A DNA stretch of 64,000 nucleotides from Zygnema circumcarinatum SAG 698-1b (taxonomy: Eukaryota > Plantae > Zygnematophyceae): positions 434,001-498,000 of the forward strand of contig CM074818.1 of the NCBI GenBank assembly GCA_037447605.1, read 5' to 3'. Made by a program: the position numbers and the translations under genes. Shown one piece after another: positions 20,901 to 32,190 of this stretch. The first letter of the stretch is position 1, and every line of letters starts with the position of its first letter. The notes under the pieces are model-generated. The model ran no database searches. It had not been told where the DNA came from and was given only the letters and a program-made list of their open reading frames with translations.

Positions 20901-23860
20901 CAAAAAGCCTCAAAGAACGGCCCATACATCCTGAAATCCCTCCCTGTCCCTGTCCCTCTCCCCCTCCCTCTCCCCTCTCCCTGAGCTTTTGAAATCCGAA
21001 GGCCCGACACCCTAGAAGTTCAAATACCAATAATAGCCAACGAGAGAGAGCAACCGCCAGCTCTCACTTAAAAAATATTGTATTATTAGGGTAGAGAGAG
21101 AGAGACACAGAGAGAGATACAAACATGGGCTGTGCTACAAACACAGAAACTATAAGAATAGGGAAAGCCGAACTCACCAATTCCGGTGAGAACAAAGATA
21201 ATTCGTGAAAATTCTGGTGGAGCATTAGTCACCTTGCCCACGACTACACCCATAAGGCAGCCGATTACCGAGGCCAGGATAACGTTGACAGGGATGAACC
21301 ACCTGCCTCCATCAAGAAACAGCCTAGGATTAACTAAACAAGAAAAAAAACTTGACTTCCGTTAACTAATGTAATCTATGGTTACTAGATCAGCAATTTA
21401 CCTTTAACAGTAACTTGGAGCCTGCCAAAAGAGGACTAGAGAAAGAAACCATGTCGAAGGGCGAAGAGGAAGAAAAGGTGGGGACGAGAGCGAGGGAAGG
21501 AGAAAGGGAGGAGAGGGAGGGAGAGCGAGAAAAGGGGGAGGAGTGAGAAATGGAGAGAGAGAGAGAGGGAGTGATAGCGAGAGAGAGTGGGGCAGAGAGT
21601 TTTGTTTACCATGCTACGAGTTTCTGAACATTTATGGACTCGCCAAGGTTGACAAAGATGATGGCTGGCAGGAAGATAGTGAATACGAGCTGTAATTTTA
21701 CCCCACCCCCCCAAAAGGACGACGACATCCGTCATAAGTCAGGCCTTTCCTGAAGTACGCGTACACTGTATTTACAAGAACGGCATTTTTAGCAGTGAAA
21801 AAATTCACACCCTTCACTACAGGAGGGCCTTTAGGGTTTTGCAGGAGGAAACAAAACAGGGGCTGCATCCCACTCACGTTTGTTCCATTCTAAAAGCATT
21901 CGAGTTCCTTTCTCAGGCCAAAAAGAAAAATGCACAAGAGACTTAAAATCGCAAAGACTTTGAAAGAAACTTAACAGGCACCCGTGTGCTCCTTCCCATC
22001 CCAACCACTTCACTGTCTGTTATCCACATTTTTTACCGCCCCCTCCAATTTCAACATCTCTTCCCGCCCTTCTGTCTATCTTTATCTTTCGTCCCTCACT
22101 ATATCGCCCATATCACCTTCCTCGTCGCTTCTAGTCTACTTCCAATTTCCTCTCCTCCCTGCCTCTGCCGCTGGCCCCTCTCGCTCTCTTTCACAACCCT
22201 TCCCTGCGTCTCACTCTCAACTCCTGCCACCTCCCTCCCCTTGTTCCATTCTCTCTCTCTCTCCTTCTCTCCCACACTCTCTATTACTTCGTCATTGCTG
22301 ACAAAAGTTTTCAGTTTGCTGAAAAAATGTTCACAATCCTTTCAATATCAATTACCATTACACCAATAATCCGTGGAAAACTGAGAATCTCTGCCTTGAT
22401 AGGTACTTCTGTCCCCAAGACAGTCTGAAGTCATTTTTAGCCTTTTGGACTCATTTAGATCTCTTCCTGTCTCTCTCTCTCTCGCTCCCTCTCCTTCTCC
22501 CACTCTCTCTCTCTCTTATCTCTCGCTTTTTCTCCCATTCTCTTATAACATGCGTACAGTTCCTTAAATTGCATATTTTGAATCACGATATTCAAGCCTA
22601 TTGCCTTCAGTAACAAGAACGATCATTCAAGTGCGTGCACATAAAGAGGCAGCTTCAAACCGCTTGCAAGCATGTTATTAAACAATGGAGACGCAGAAAT
22701 TCACACATCTGATTGTAATCGAGCGTAGCTACAAAACAAACCTGACAGATTTTGATTTGGATCAAACGTTAGTTGCACAAAAATCTCAATGCAAATGCAC
22801 CATGCCCTTGAGAGACAGTCATCTAAGTGCCAATCATTCTCTGCAAAAGGCTGATTCCAGAATGAAGCAATTTTTCCTTAAAATGACGTGATCTGATTGC
22901 AGGCGTTTGATTGAAAAAACGAGAATGGAAGCGAATCACATTGTTGAAAGAGACTAGCAAGCATTGCATATGCATTTGTCTATAAAAAAAATACACAAGC
23001 GGACACATTTGACAGCAAAAACGTGAATCTGCAGACCTTGCTCTGACTGCAAGGCATTTGGCTGCATGCACACAAATGTTAATAGAATGTGAGTTCCTTG
23101 ATAGAAGCGAACATCTGATCGCAAGCATCTGATTGCTTACACTTTCATTCCAAGTACCTGAGTTGCAGAATCTGAGTTACAAGTACCTGAACTTGATCCT
23201 AGTTTCAAATATCTGAGGTTCAAACATCTGACTCTGAAATATCTGAGTTGCAAGTATCTGAGTTACAAGCATCTGAATCTAATCCGAGTTTCAAACATCT
23301 GAGTTTCAAATATTTGAGTTGCAAGTATCTGAGTTGCAAGTATCTGAGTTACAAGCATCTGAATCTAATCCAAGTTTTAAACAACTGAGTTTCAAATATT
23401 TGAGTTGCAAGTATCTGAGTTGCAAGTATCTGAGTTACAAGCATCTGAAACTAATCCAAGTTTCAAACATCTGAGTTTCAAATATTTGAGTTGCAGTATC
23501 TGAGTTGTAAGTATCTGAGTTACAAGCATCTGAATCTAATCCAAGTTTCAAACATCTGAGTTTCAAATATTTGAGTTTCAAGTATCTGAGTTGCAAGAAG
23601 AAGAAATGCACCTTGCTGAGCGATTTTCTTGAAGCGGCGTTCAATACATTGACGCTTGGCAGCGCGAGCACGAGGCCCGTCCCTGCGATGATGAGCACTT
23701 TGAGGACGGGCAGCACCGAGCTGAGCAGGAGGAAGCCGAGGGGGAGGGCCACGCCCAGCGCGGGGCCGAACGAGAGCAGCGAGGCCGCCATGGGAGGGAG
23801 AGGGTGAGGTCCTGCTCCGGAGAGGAGCAGGAGGGAGGCGGACGAGGCGGCGGTGGCCAT
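17991..23860 (-). CDS. PILS: PIN-LIKES (PILS) auxin efflux carrier family protein, PILS6/PILS2-like
   Basis: Exons (minus strand) 23860-23612, 21689-21610, 21302-21178, 20881-20760, 20620-20336, 20078-20016, 19670-19570, 19222-19170, 18798-18610, 18121-17991. Motifs LVFTIFLPAIIF, WWFIPVNV, GNMGNMPLVLL, NPFGD, AMIACILLVLGGNL, GPGSS, DPMFRFVLFLQHTMP, SLRGFGEKEVSAVLFYQH. The start could instead be the ATG near 23790. Confidence 0.93.
23152..23596 (+). repeat. 15-bp minisatellite (AAGTATCTGAGTTGC variants) with an ~86-bp higher-order repeat
   Basis: Blocks aaacatctgagtttc-aaatatttgagttgc-aagtatctgagttgc-aagtatctgagttac-aagcatctgaatctaatccaagttt recur about 4 times in PILS intron 1. Confidence 0.9.
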
Positions 23861-24079
23861 GGCCGCCGGCAGAAGAGGAAGCTGCAAGGCGGAGGCTTCA
23901 AGGAGCAGGACGCAGAGGGCAGATGATGGAGAGATTGTTTTGAAGTGGACTATATGGGGAAGTATGGATTCATGGCGGTTTTGAAGGAGAGAGAGAGAGA
24001 GAGTGATAGAGAAGAGAGAGAGAGAGAAAAGCAGACCGTGGGCATGACGGGAGCAAAACCCTGTGACGATCTGTTTTCT

Positions 24080-24630
24080 GCAGACGTGGCATTTGCATGT
24101 GTAACAAATGTCTATGATTGGCTGTTGTTGTCACGTGTAAACCACACGTGTGGTAATTGTACATGAGTGGCTGAAATGCTGACGTGGCCCTAGAAGCGTA
24201 AACCGTACGGACTTCCTGAGGAAGCTTCCTCCATATTTCCTTTCGCATGTGCGAATTCCAACATGGCGGCGCGTTCTGTTCCCCTAAAAAAGCTAATCCT
24301 TTGGCCAATGAAAATAATCCACATGTAATAATGTACACGTGGCACGTAGCCATTGGCAGACGCTTTCGGAATAATAAATAGTCAGCGGAATGAGGCGGAG
24401 CAGAAGGATCGGATTTGGATTTCGGATTTTTTTATCAGATTTTGTAAAAATTAGTTTTGACGAACAAATTTTAAGGCGTCTGGGCAATGAACGGATGCCA
24501 CGTGGCACTTCAGCTTTTTTTGCTGACGAGGATCCTACGTGTTACAAGTCCTTACAGGTGGTAGTGACCGATTGGTTAAAAACAAAACGGTTTCCAGCGG
24601 CGATTCTGAGCCGTCCGATCTGCCACGTAT
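24080..24630. promoter_or_regulatory. G-box/CCAAT cluster upstream of PILS
   Basis: Multiple ACGTGG/CACGTG cores. Perfect reverse CCAAT-N9-CCACG at 24338-24356, near match CCAAT-N9-CCACA at 24305-24323, palindrome GCCACGTGGC near 24497. Confidence 0.5.
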
Positions 24631-24761
24631 GAAACGGACGTGCGAGATGCAGCTGCCGGTTCCATGTTGGCAGCGTTCCCAGGAACTGGACTGAACAAGA
24701 TGCAGCGAAACACAGAAGGAAAACGCTCCAAGCCTACATAGAGCGTGAGCATGGAATGTAA

Positions 24762-25111
24762 AAATGGAAGTGGCATTGATTTCACGATGGCGATGATGCC
24801 GTCACATGGACATAGCCAAAATCAGCACCATGGGGAACCACGAGGAACTGGTCGCAAAGGACCTAAAAGGAGAAATGAAAAAACTGAAAAAAAACAATGA
24901 AATGACTACCCTTCGACCAATTGTTTCAACTTTGAACTTTATTTTTTGGAATTAAAAAAGCTAAGCTTAGGCGAAGCTTTCAGCTCCTCCCTCTTTTATC
25001 TTGTGCTTAGGTCCTCGGCGACCAGTTCCTCGTGGTTCCCCATGATGCTGATTTTGGCCATGTCCATGTGATGGCATCATCGCCATCGTGAGATCAATGC
25101 CACTTCCATTT
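24762..25111. mobile_element. Foldback element / MITE: ~105-bp inverted repeats around an ~140-bp AT-rich spacer
   Basis: 24762-24866 is the reverse complement of 25007-25111 with about 6 mismatches, mostly transitions. No clear target-site duplication. Confidence 0.7.
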
Positions 25112-25440
25112 CCTTTTTTTGGATTTGTTCAATGTTCAAATGAAACCAATTTTTAACACTTAAAATGAACAGTTCGCGTGCTTTGCGGCTTGCCAAAATT
25201 TCATTGTTGATCGATGGATACGAAGTAAACTGAAATTGAACACGACCTGCAATTAATTGTTCAATGTTCAATTGGTTTTGGTTTTGGTTTTGGTTTCCCC
25301 TACCTTTTCCCCCTCTCCATAGACCAGACCTCTAATAAGAAGCCTAATTTCAGTCCATTCTACTCTCTTCCAACGATTTTTTTTTTTTTTCATTGTACCA
25401 ACAAAAAACCGCCAAATCGGATCTTTCTAAGATGCCCGCC

Positions 25441-25606
25441 CCCCTCTCTAAAGTCATCCTTTCCCATGCCCAGCACAAAGTCTCTCCTCCTAAGCTACCC
25501 ACCCCCTCTCTAAAGTCATCCTCCCATGCCAAGCAGAAAGTCTCTCGTCCTAAGCTGCCCATCCTCCCTCTCTAAAGTCATATTTGTTCTATGCCCAGCA
25601 GAAAGG
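25441..25606 (+). repeat. 62-bp tandem repeat, about 2.7 copies, just downstream of the NRPA2 stop
   Basis: ctctctaaagtcat recurs at 25444, 25506 and 25568. Confidence 0.85.
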
Positions 25607-25637
25607 AGGAACCCCAAAAGCCCTACAAAAAGGGCCT

Positions 25638-26431
25638 TCAAGCGTCGTTCAAAGTCAATGTCACCTTAATATTCATCGCCGCCAACTCCGCTGCGAGATA
25701 CTTAAAAACGAAAGGCATGGCTATCCTCTCTACTCCTCTCCCTGTCCCACACGTTCTACATCTCACTCTCTTCCCACTGCTCCCCTCCATCCCTCCTCCC
25801 ATCTTGTTCATGCTCATGGGATCATGTAAGGGAGGCTCCATCCATGGGGTCAACATGCTCCCGCAGAGAGAGCAGACATCTCCCACATGGTAGTCGGAGC
25901 ATTTGTGAAGGCGATCATGGAGGAGGTAGGCCGCCCCGTGAGAGAGGAGAGCGTCTCTCTCCATCTCTCCAAACCGGATTCCCCCTCCATACTTTCTCCC
26001 CTTTACAGGCTGCTGAGTGAGGGGGTTTACAGGGCCTGTAGACCGAACCTGGAGAGGACGAAGGGAAAAAGATATACTCGTTAAGGGTCTTCCCAAAAAA
26101 AGGGTGAAGGGGAGATGAGAGAGAGAGAGAGAGGGGGGACGGCTGGGGATGGGAGGGGGAAGGGTCGGGAGAAGGGGAAGAGAGGGAGGAAAGGAGGGAG
26201 GGGGAGAGTTAGAGAGATGGTGCTAGAAAGAAGAGGTGGGGAGAGGGATGGGGGGAGAGGGGGAGGAACGAGAACGGGAGAGGAGAGAGGAGAGGTGATG
26301 GAGGCAGAGTTAATAGGGTAGGAAGGAAGGGAATGGAAATTGGAGACCACACGAAAGGCAAGGCGAAAGAGGGACAGTGAGAGATGAAGGGAGGATTAGA
26401 GTCGCGAAGGAGGTAGGGGAGAGAGAGAGCG

Positions 26432-26507
<76 letters not shown>

Positions 26508-29500
26508 AGAATGAGAGAAGGGAGAGAGAAAGGGGGAGAGAGAATGAGAGAGAGAGGTGGAGAAAGAGGGAGAGATATGAGGCATTGATCCTAAAGACTT
26601 CCACACCTTTCTTCATCTGACGGTATCATACCGACCTCACTTCACCTCGAAACCCATACCTCCCTCCCTCCCTCTCTCCCTCCCTCATCGTCATATCTGC
26701 CTCTCTCTCTTCTCACCTGAAACTTGTCTGAAACCATGTGACGCAAGCGCTGGTAGTACACCATTCCCATATAGATTTCACAAGTCATTTCCACTCCAAA
26801 AACTCCACTATACATCACTTCCGTTCCACAATAATTGAAGCCTTTTGCTGAGAGCTCCCGCCCAAATTCATTCAGAATAGTTCCTCCCTGATTCTCTCCT
26901 CCACCTTCACTTTTCATTAACCCTCTTTTTTGGGCATCTTTTCTCGACTTCGGAGTCATTCCTTCTGTCCTCATTCCTTCAGGAATTTGCTCCCTAGCCA
27001 TAGTCGGATGGGACATAGTGAGAGGGGGAGGGTCCTTCACGCAGCGTCTGAATGGAGTTGCATTCACAAAGTAGCCATGGAGAGCACCACTCTGTTCCAT
27101 TCCCCTCCCCCTTTCCCATTACTTCACTCATCTCACATCTTCGTCCAAAAACCCACAAAAAAGTATGAAAAGAACACATAGGAAAAACGAAAGGATCACT
27201 GCGAATGGATGCTTAAGAACTATTGCCACACATCAAACCACTATTGATGTAACTAGAATTTGCTCATATTGCCTCCCAAAACCCTAAAATTTAAAGACCA
27301 AGAGCGGAGTGGGAGTGAGGAGCGGTGGGAAAGAGAGTACTTCACCTTTGAAGCCATGGATTCCACCAACATCCCTATTGTCATGCGGGATGGGAACGCA
27401 TGTGGGTTGATGATGATGTCCGGCCGCATGCCTGATGCATGGGAGAATGGCATGTCGATATCGGGCCATAGCTGAGAGAGGACTCCCTTCTGACCATGCC
27501 GGCTACTGAACTTGTCACCAATAATAGGGTTCCGATCGTACCGCATCTTGATTCTCACCTGGAGGGGAGAGTGGAGGAAGAGGGAGGGAGGGAGGGAGGG
27601 AGGGCGGGAGGGAGGGAGGAAGGGAGGGAGGGAGGGAGGGAGGGAGGGAGGGNNNNNNNNNNGGGAGGGAGGGAGGGAGGGAGGGAGGAGGGGGAAGCGA
27701 ATGGGTGGAAGGTGGGGAGAGGGGTGGGGAGGGGGAGAGGGAAACGGGGAAAAAAGGGGGGTGTGGGTGGGAGGAGGGAGGGGAGCGAAGGGGGAGGGAG
27801 AGGGGACGTGTAGGGGGGGAAACGGAGTGGATGAGGGGAAGGACAAGAGGAGGAGGGGGGAGGTAGGAGCGAGCGGACGGAGAGGGAGGGGGACGGGAGA
27901 AAGGGAAAGCGGATAAGGAGGGGAAGGGCGACGACATCGTGGGGAAATGGGGATAGATGGAGGGAGAGAAAGGGGCGGGGAGATGAGGAGAGAGAGGGAG
28001 GGAGCAGGTGAGTGGAAAGGTCGAGTGAACAGAAACGTAACAACAGGAGAGGTGAGGCTCAGGGGGAAGAGAGGAAGAGTTGGAAAGTAGTAAGAGGGGG
28101 AGAGGGAGAGCGAGAAAAACTGAGAGTGGACAGATTCGGCGGAAATCAGTAGCCAAAACAGAGAGGCAAGGAGGATTGGAGGGGGAGAAAAGAGAGTGGG
28201 AGAAGGCAAGAACGAGAGCGAGAGAGAGGGAGGGAGGGAGGGAGGGAGCTTACTTTTCTTAGGGGCTCCCTAGGTTTGGTCCCAATGACAGTTACTTGGT
28301 CCACAATTGCATCCTCTGTGCCCTTAAGTCGGACCAAATGAGACTTCCCAGTGACAGTGTTCACAGTACAGCAATAGTCATCTCCTGCAATTATTTTCTG
28401 CAGCCCCACAGCATTTGAATCCTTCAATGAACTCACTCTATTTCAAGTGTTAATTGATTCAAATCCACGATGAAGATATTGGGTATTGATAACCGACCCG
28501 TTTAATTTTCACTCCCTCTCTTTCTCCCTCTCACTCTGCCCTCCCTCTCCATCTCCTTCTCCCTCTCGCCCTCTGTCCCCTTTTAAGTCCTTTTCTCTCT
28601 CATTTCTCGCAATCGATATTCATAATTTTGCACCATGCACGATATACACGTTTCAAACAAGAGAGATTTTTTTTTTTTCTTTTTGCTTTGATCAAATATA
28701 CCTGTCCGACGTGTGGTAATCCATCTATCCCCATAAAATTTGCAAGATTTTTGCCCTGCCCGCGGAATTTTGGCATTAAGAACTGCTCGTCCGGCTTCTT
28801 GTCCAGGTCAATCGTTTCTGTCTGAGAATGAAAAAAAACAAGAAAAAGAGTTACTACTTTCCACTACTCCTCCACTCACACCGACCATTATCTCCACAAG
28901 GGCTTAGACTCTCTCTCACTACCTCACCCTCCCTCCCTCCCTCCCTTCCTCCCTCCCTCCCTCCCTCTCTCTTCCTCTCCCACTCCCTCTCTCACTCCTC
29001 CCCTCCCTCCCTCTCTTTGTCCCTCTCCCACGATAATCGAACCAACAAAACGGGGTTCTGAGCGAATCTCCTACATTCTCAACAAAAAACAATAATCAAG
29101 AAGACAAATTTCACAACAAACTTACAACAACTAATTTTCAAAGTTTTCAGTATTCATTATGCTCATTATTTTTACTTTGTAAATTTGTCCGTGGCACAAT
29201 CCCCGTTCCATCGACGACTTGTTGATAATCATCGCATCCTCCATATCATACCTTCAAACCAACCCCACATCAAATTCACTTACAAAATTTAAAATTTGAA
29301 TTGAGTACAAGATGAATTTGCTCTATTCAATTGAGCATTTTGTGAACATTTTCTGATTTCTTCCATTTGCTCAGCGGAGCAGTATCAAATCTTTCCAGCC
29401 ATTGAAACAGACCTCGGGAAAGCCACCACATATCGAGTCCGACTACAGTGGAGATCCATGAGAGAGGAAGTGCTTGGGAGAGAGAGAGAGAGCCAGGGAG

Positions 29501-29633
29501 AGGGAGAGGAGAGTGGGAGGGAGGGGAGGAGGGATAAGGGCGGGATGAGGGGGAGGAGGAGATGGAGGGAGAGGGGCAGGGGCAGGGGCAGGGGGAAGGA
29601 GAGGAAGGGGAGGCAGAGAGAGAGAGGGCGAGC

Positions 29634-29728
<95 letters not shown>

Positions 29729-32131
29729 AGTGCTCCCTACCCTGTGTAGGCCAGCACAGCTACCACAGCATTGGTGCCCGTGGGGTAGTCATCCATCGCG
29801 TATTCGTCATAAGTAGTGGTTCGAGCGATTGGGGTTTGAGGGGTCTGTTTCCATAGAGACATCGTATAAGTACATATTATATTGAGTTATACATTCATCT
29901 TGTTCTCCCATGGAAGGACATTCTACAACTTAAATACAAAGTGTCAAGTTTCCCCTCTCCCTCTCCCTCTCCCTCTCCCTCCCCCTCTCTCTTTCGCCAG
30001 AGCGGTTAGAGGATGGGATCACCTGCAGCTTGTACAGTTTGTTGTCAGTTCTCCGTTTCAAGGCCTGTAATGGCACTCCCATAGTCTGCTTTCCCATCTG
30101 CTTCCCCCTCCCATACTCTCCCTTTATCAGAATAAGGGAGAGGGTGGGAGGGAAGGGAGAGGGAGAGGGAGTGGAAACTCACTCACATCACATACAACCA
30201 GAACTTCTCACATCAAAAGAACAGTTCTAATCCACTCCTCTCCCCTGCCCTTCCCTGCCTCCCTCTCTCTCTCCGTCTGTTCCTCATTTTAACAATAGTT
30301 TCAAACCATCTCCAATTCAAATTCCAACCATCTCCCCACAAATGGAGCTCTCCTCCCACTCTCATGTATTGAAAGCATGCCCAGCTTCAACCTACGTTTC
30401 TTTATCTTCTCCATTCTGAAAATTTTTGCTAATTAGATTGTTTCAATCACAAAAAACTTGCTCCTATGTGTTAACACTTCAATAAAGTATATGTTACTAT
30501 AGTATGAAGATTTCCCCCTTCCTTTTTTTCCTTTTCTAATTGCACAAGAGTGGGTCCCACCTGGCATTGATACATATTTCGAGGACTTTGATTGTAGTCA
30601 GACCAAGGGGTCAGATTTGCCACCACACTAAGCATAGAAGTTGGATGAATTTCTTCATGTGTTGCTTTCTTTGCTCCCTTCTCCCATTCCATGCTCCGTC
30701 CTCCGTCCACCGAATCCGGGCAACGGATTTCCATGAAGGCCTGTTCTACACATAGTTTCGCATCGGTAACAGTCATTCCTAAATTGAGGGAGGAGAGAAA
30801 GAAGGGAGAAGAGGGGCATCTAAACTAAAGGAGCGAGGGAGAGAGAGAGAGTGAGAAAGATGGATAGTGTATATACATGGTAAGATTCTCCAGGGAGAGA
30901 GGGAGAGTGAGCGAGAGAGAGACCATAGCGAGAGAAGAGGGATAGAGAGAGGAGAGGGGGAAGAGTGGGCAAGAGCAAGAGCGAGAGAGGGAGAGAGGGA
31001 GCGAGAGAGAGCGAGAGGGGGGAAGGGGAGAGAAAGAAAGAGGGGATGAAGTGGAGGGGGAAGGGGGAAGGGGGAAGGGGGGGAGAGGAAGAGAGAGAGA
31101 GAGGGAGAGAGAGAGACAGTGAGAGGGAGGGAGAGCCAAAAGAGAGACCTAAATCACCTGCTCAAAGGGTCCTATAAGTTCGACAGCTGGCGCGTCGTGA
31201 TTCGCTCCCCCCCTTAATTGCTTTACCGGTCGCAAAAAACGCGATGATGTGGAAAATAAGAAAAGTCCCGGAAAAGTTCCCATAGGAGAATACGGAACAT
31301 AGCCCACCTCTAAATCCGGCGGAATCTGAAATCACGCAACTGTGAAATTTTTAAGCAAAGTTTGACAAATTTCAAGGGATCCAAGCTTAAGAAATTAAAG
31401 GGAAGGCAAAATTTTTAATCTATCTAAGCTGAAGAGAAAAAAAAGTTAAAAGTAAAAAAAAAAAAGGGGTGAAAAATGTTACGGAAATGACCTCTGAATC
31501 TTCCGTAACTTTCAATTTCCGGAGCTCTCGCACGGTTGCCTCCATAGTTTCAGCCCTTAAATGGCCCAAAATACATCCATCCAAAATTACGGAAAAGTAC
31601 AAAGGAGCGCCAGGTGGCGGCACGCCACTGGCTACCGGACGCATGCCCCGGGCAGCAAGAACCTTTCCGACTGCCCGTGCAACTTTGTCACGCGATTTTT
31701 GCTGCCCGTCAGTTTCGAAATCCGTTGAAATTTGGCACGAAAGCGTTAAATGGTTAAGGAGACCACATGGAGATCCGTCGGGAGTGTGAACCGGACAAAG
31801 AAAACCCCAAGATCTGCAAAATATTTACATTTCTAGGTCGTCATTTTTGGAAGAGAGGTTAAGTGAGGAGACTTGAAGAGTGATAATATATTTGTGGGAA
31901 GGGTGCATTTTGAGATAGAGAGGGGGCGAGGGAGAGTGGGGGAGTGGGAGAGAGAGGGAGGGAGAGAGAGGGAGGGAGGGAGAGCGAGAGAAAGAAAGAG
32001 AAAAGGAGAGAGAGGGGGAAGAGAAGGGAGGTAGACAAGGGAGAGGTAGAATGGGAAGAGAGAGCGAGCGAAAGGAAGAGGCGGAGAAAGCGAGAAGGCG
32101 GGGAGGGAGGGAGTGTGAGAGAAAGAGAGAG

Positions 32132-32190
<59 letters not shown>

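Noticed and set aside
17083-23596. CRISPR-like appearance of the minisatellites at 17083 and 23152
   Set aside because: There are no unique spacers and no cas genes, and the context is eukaryotic introns.
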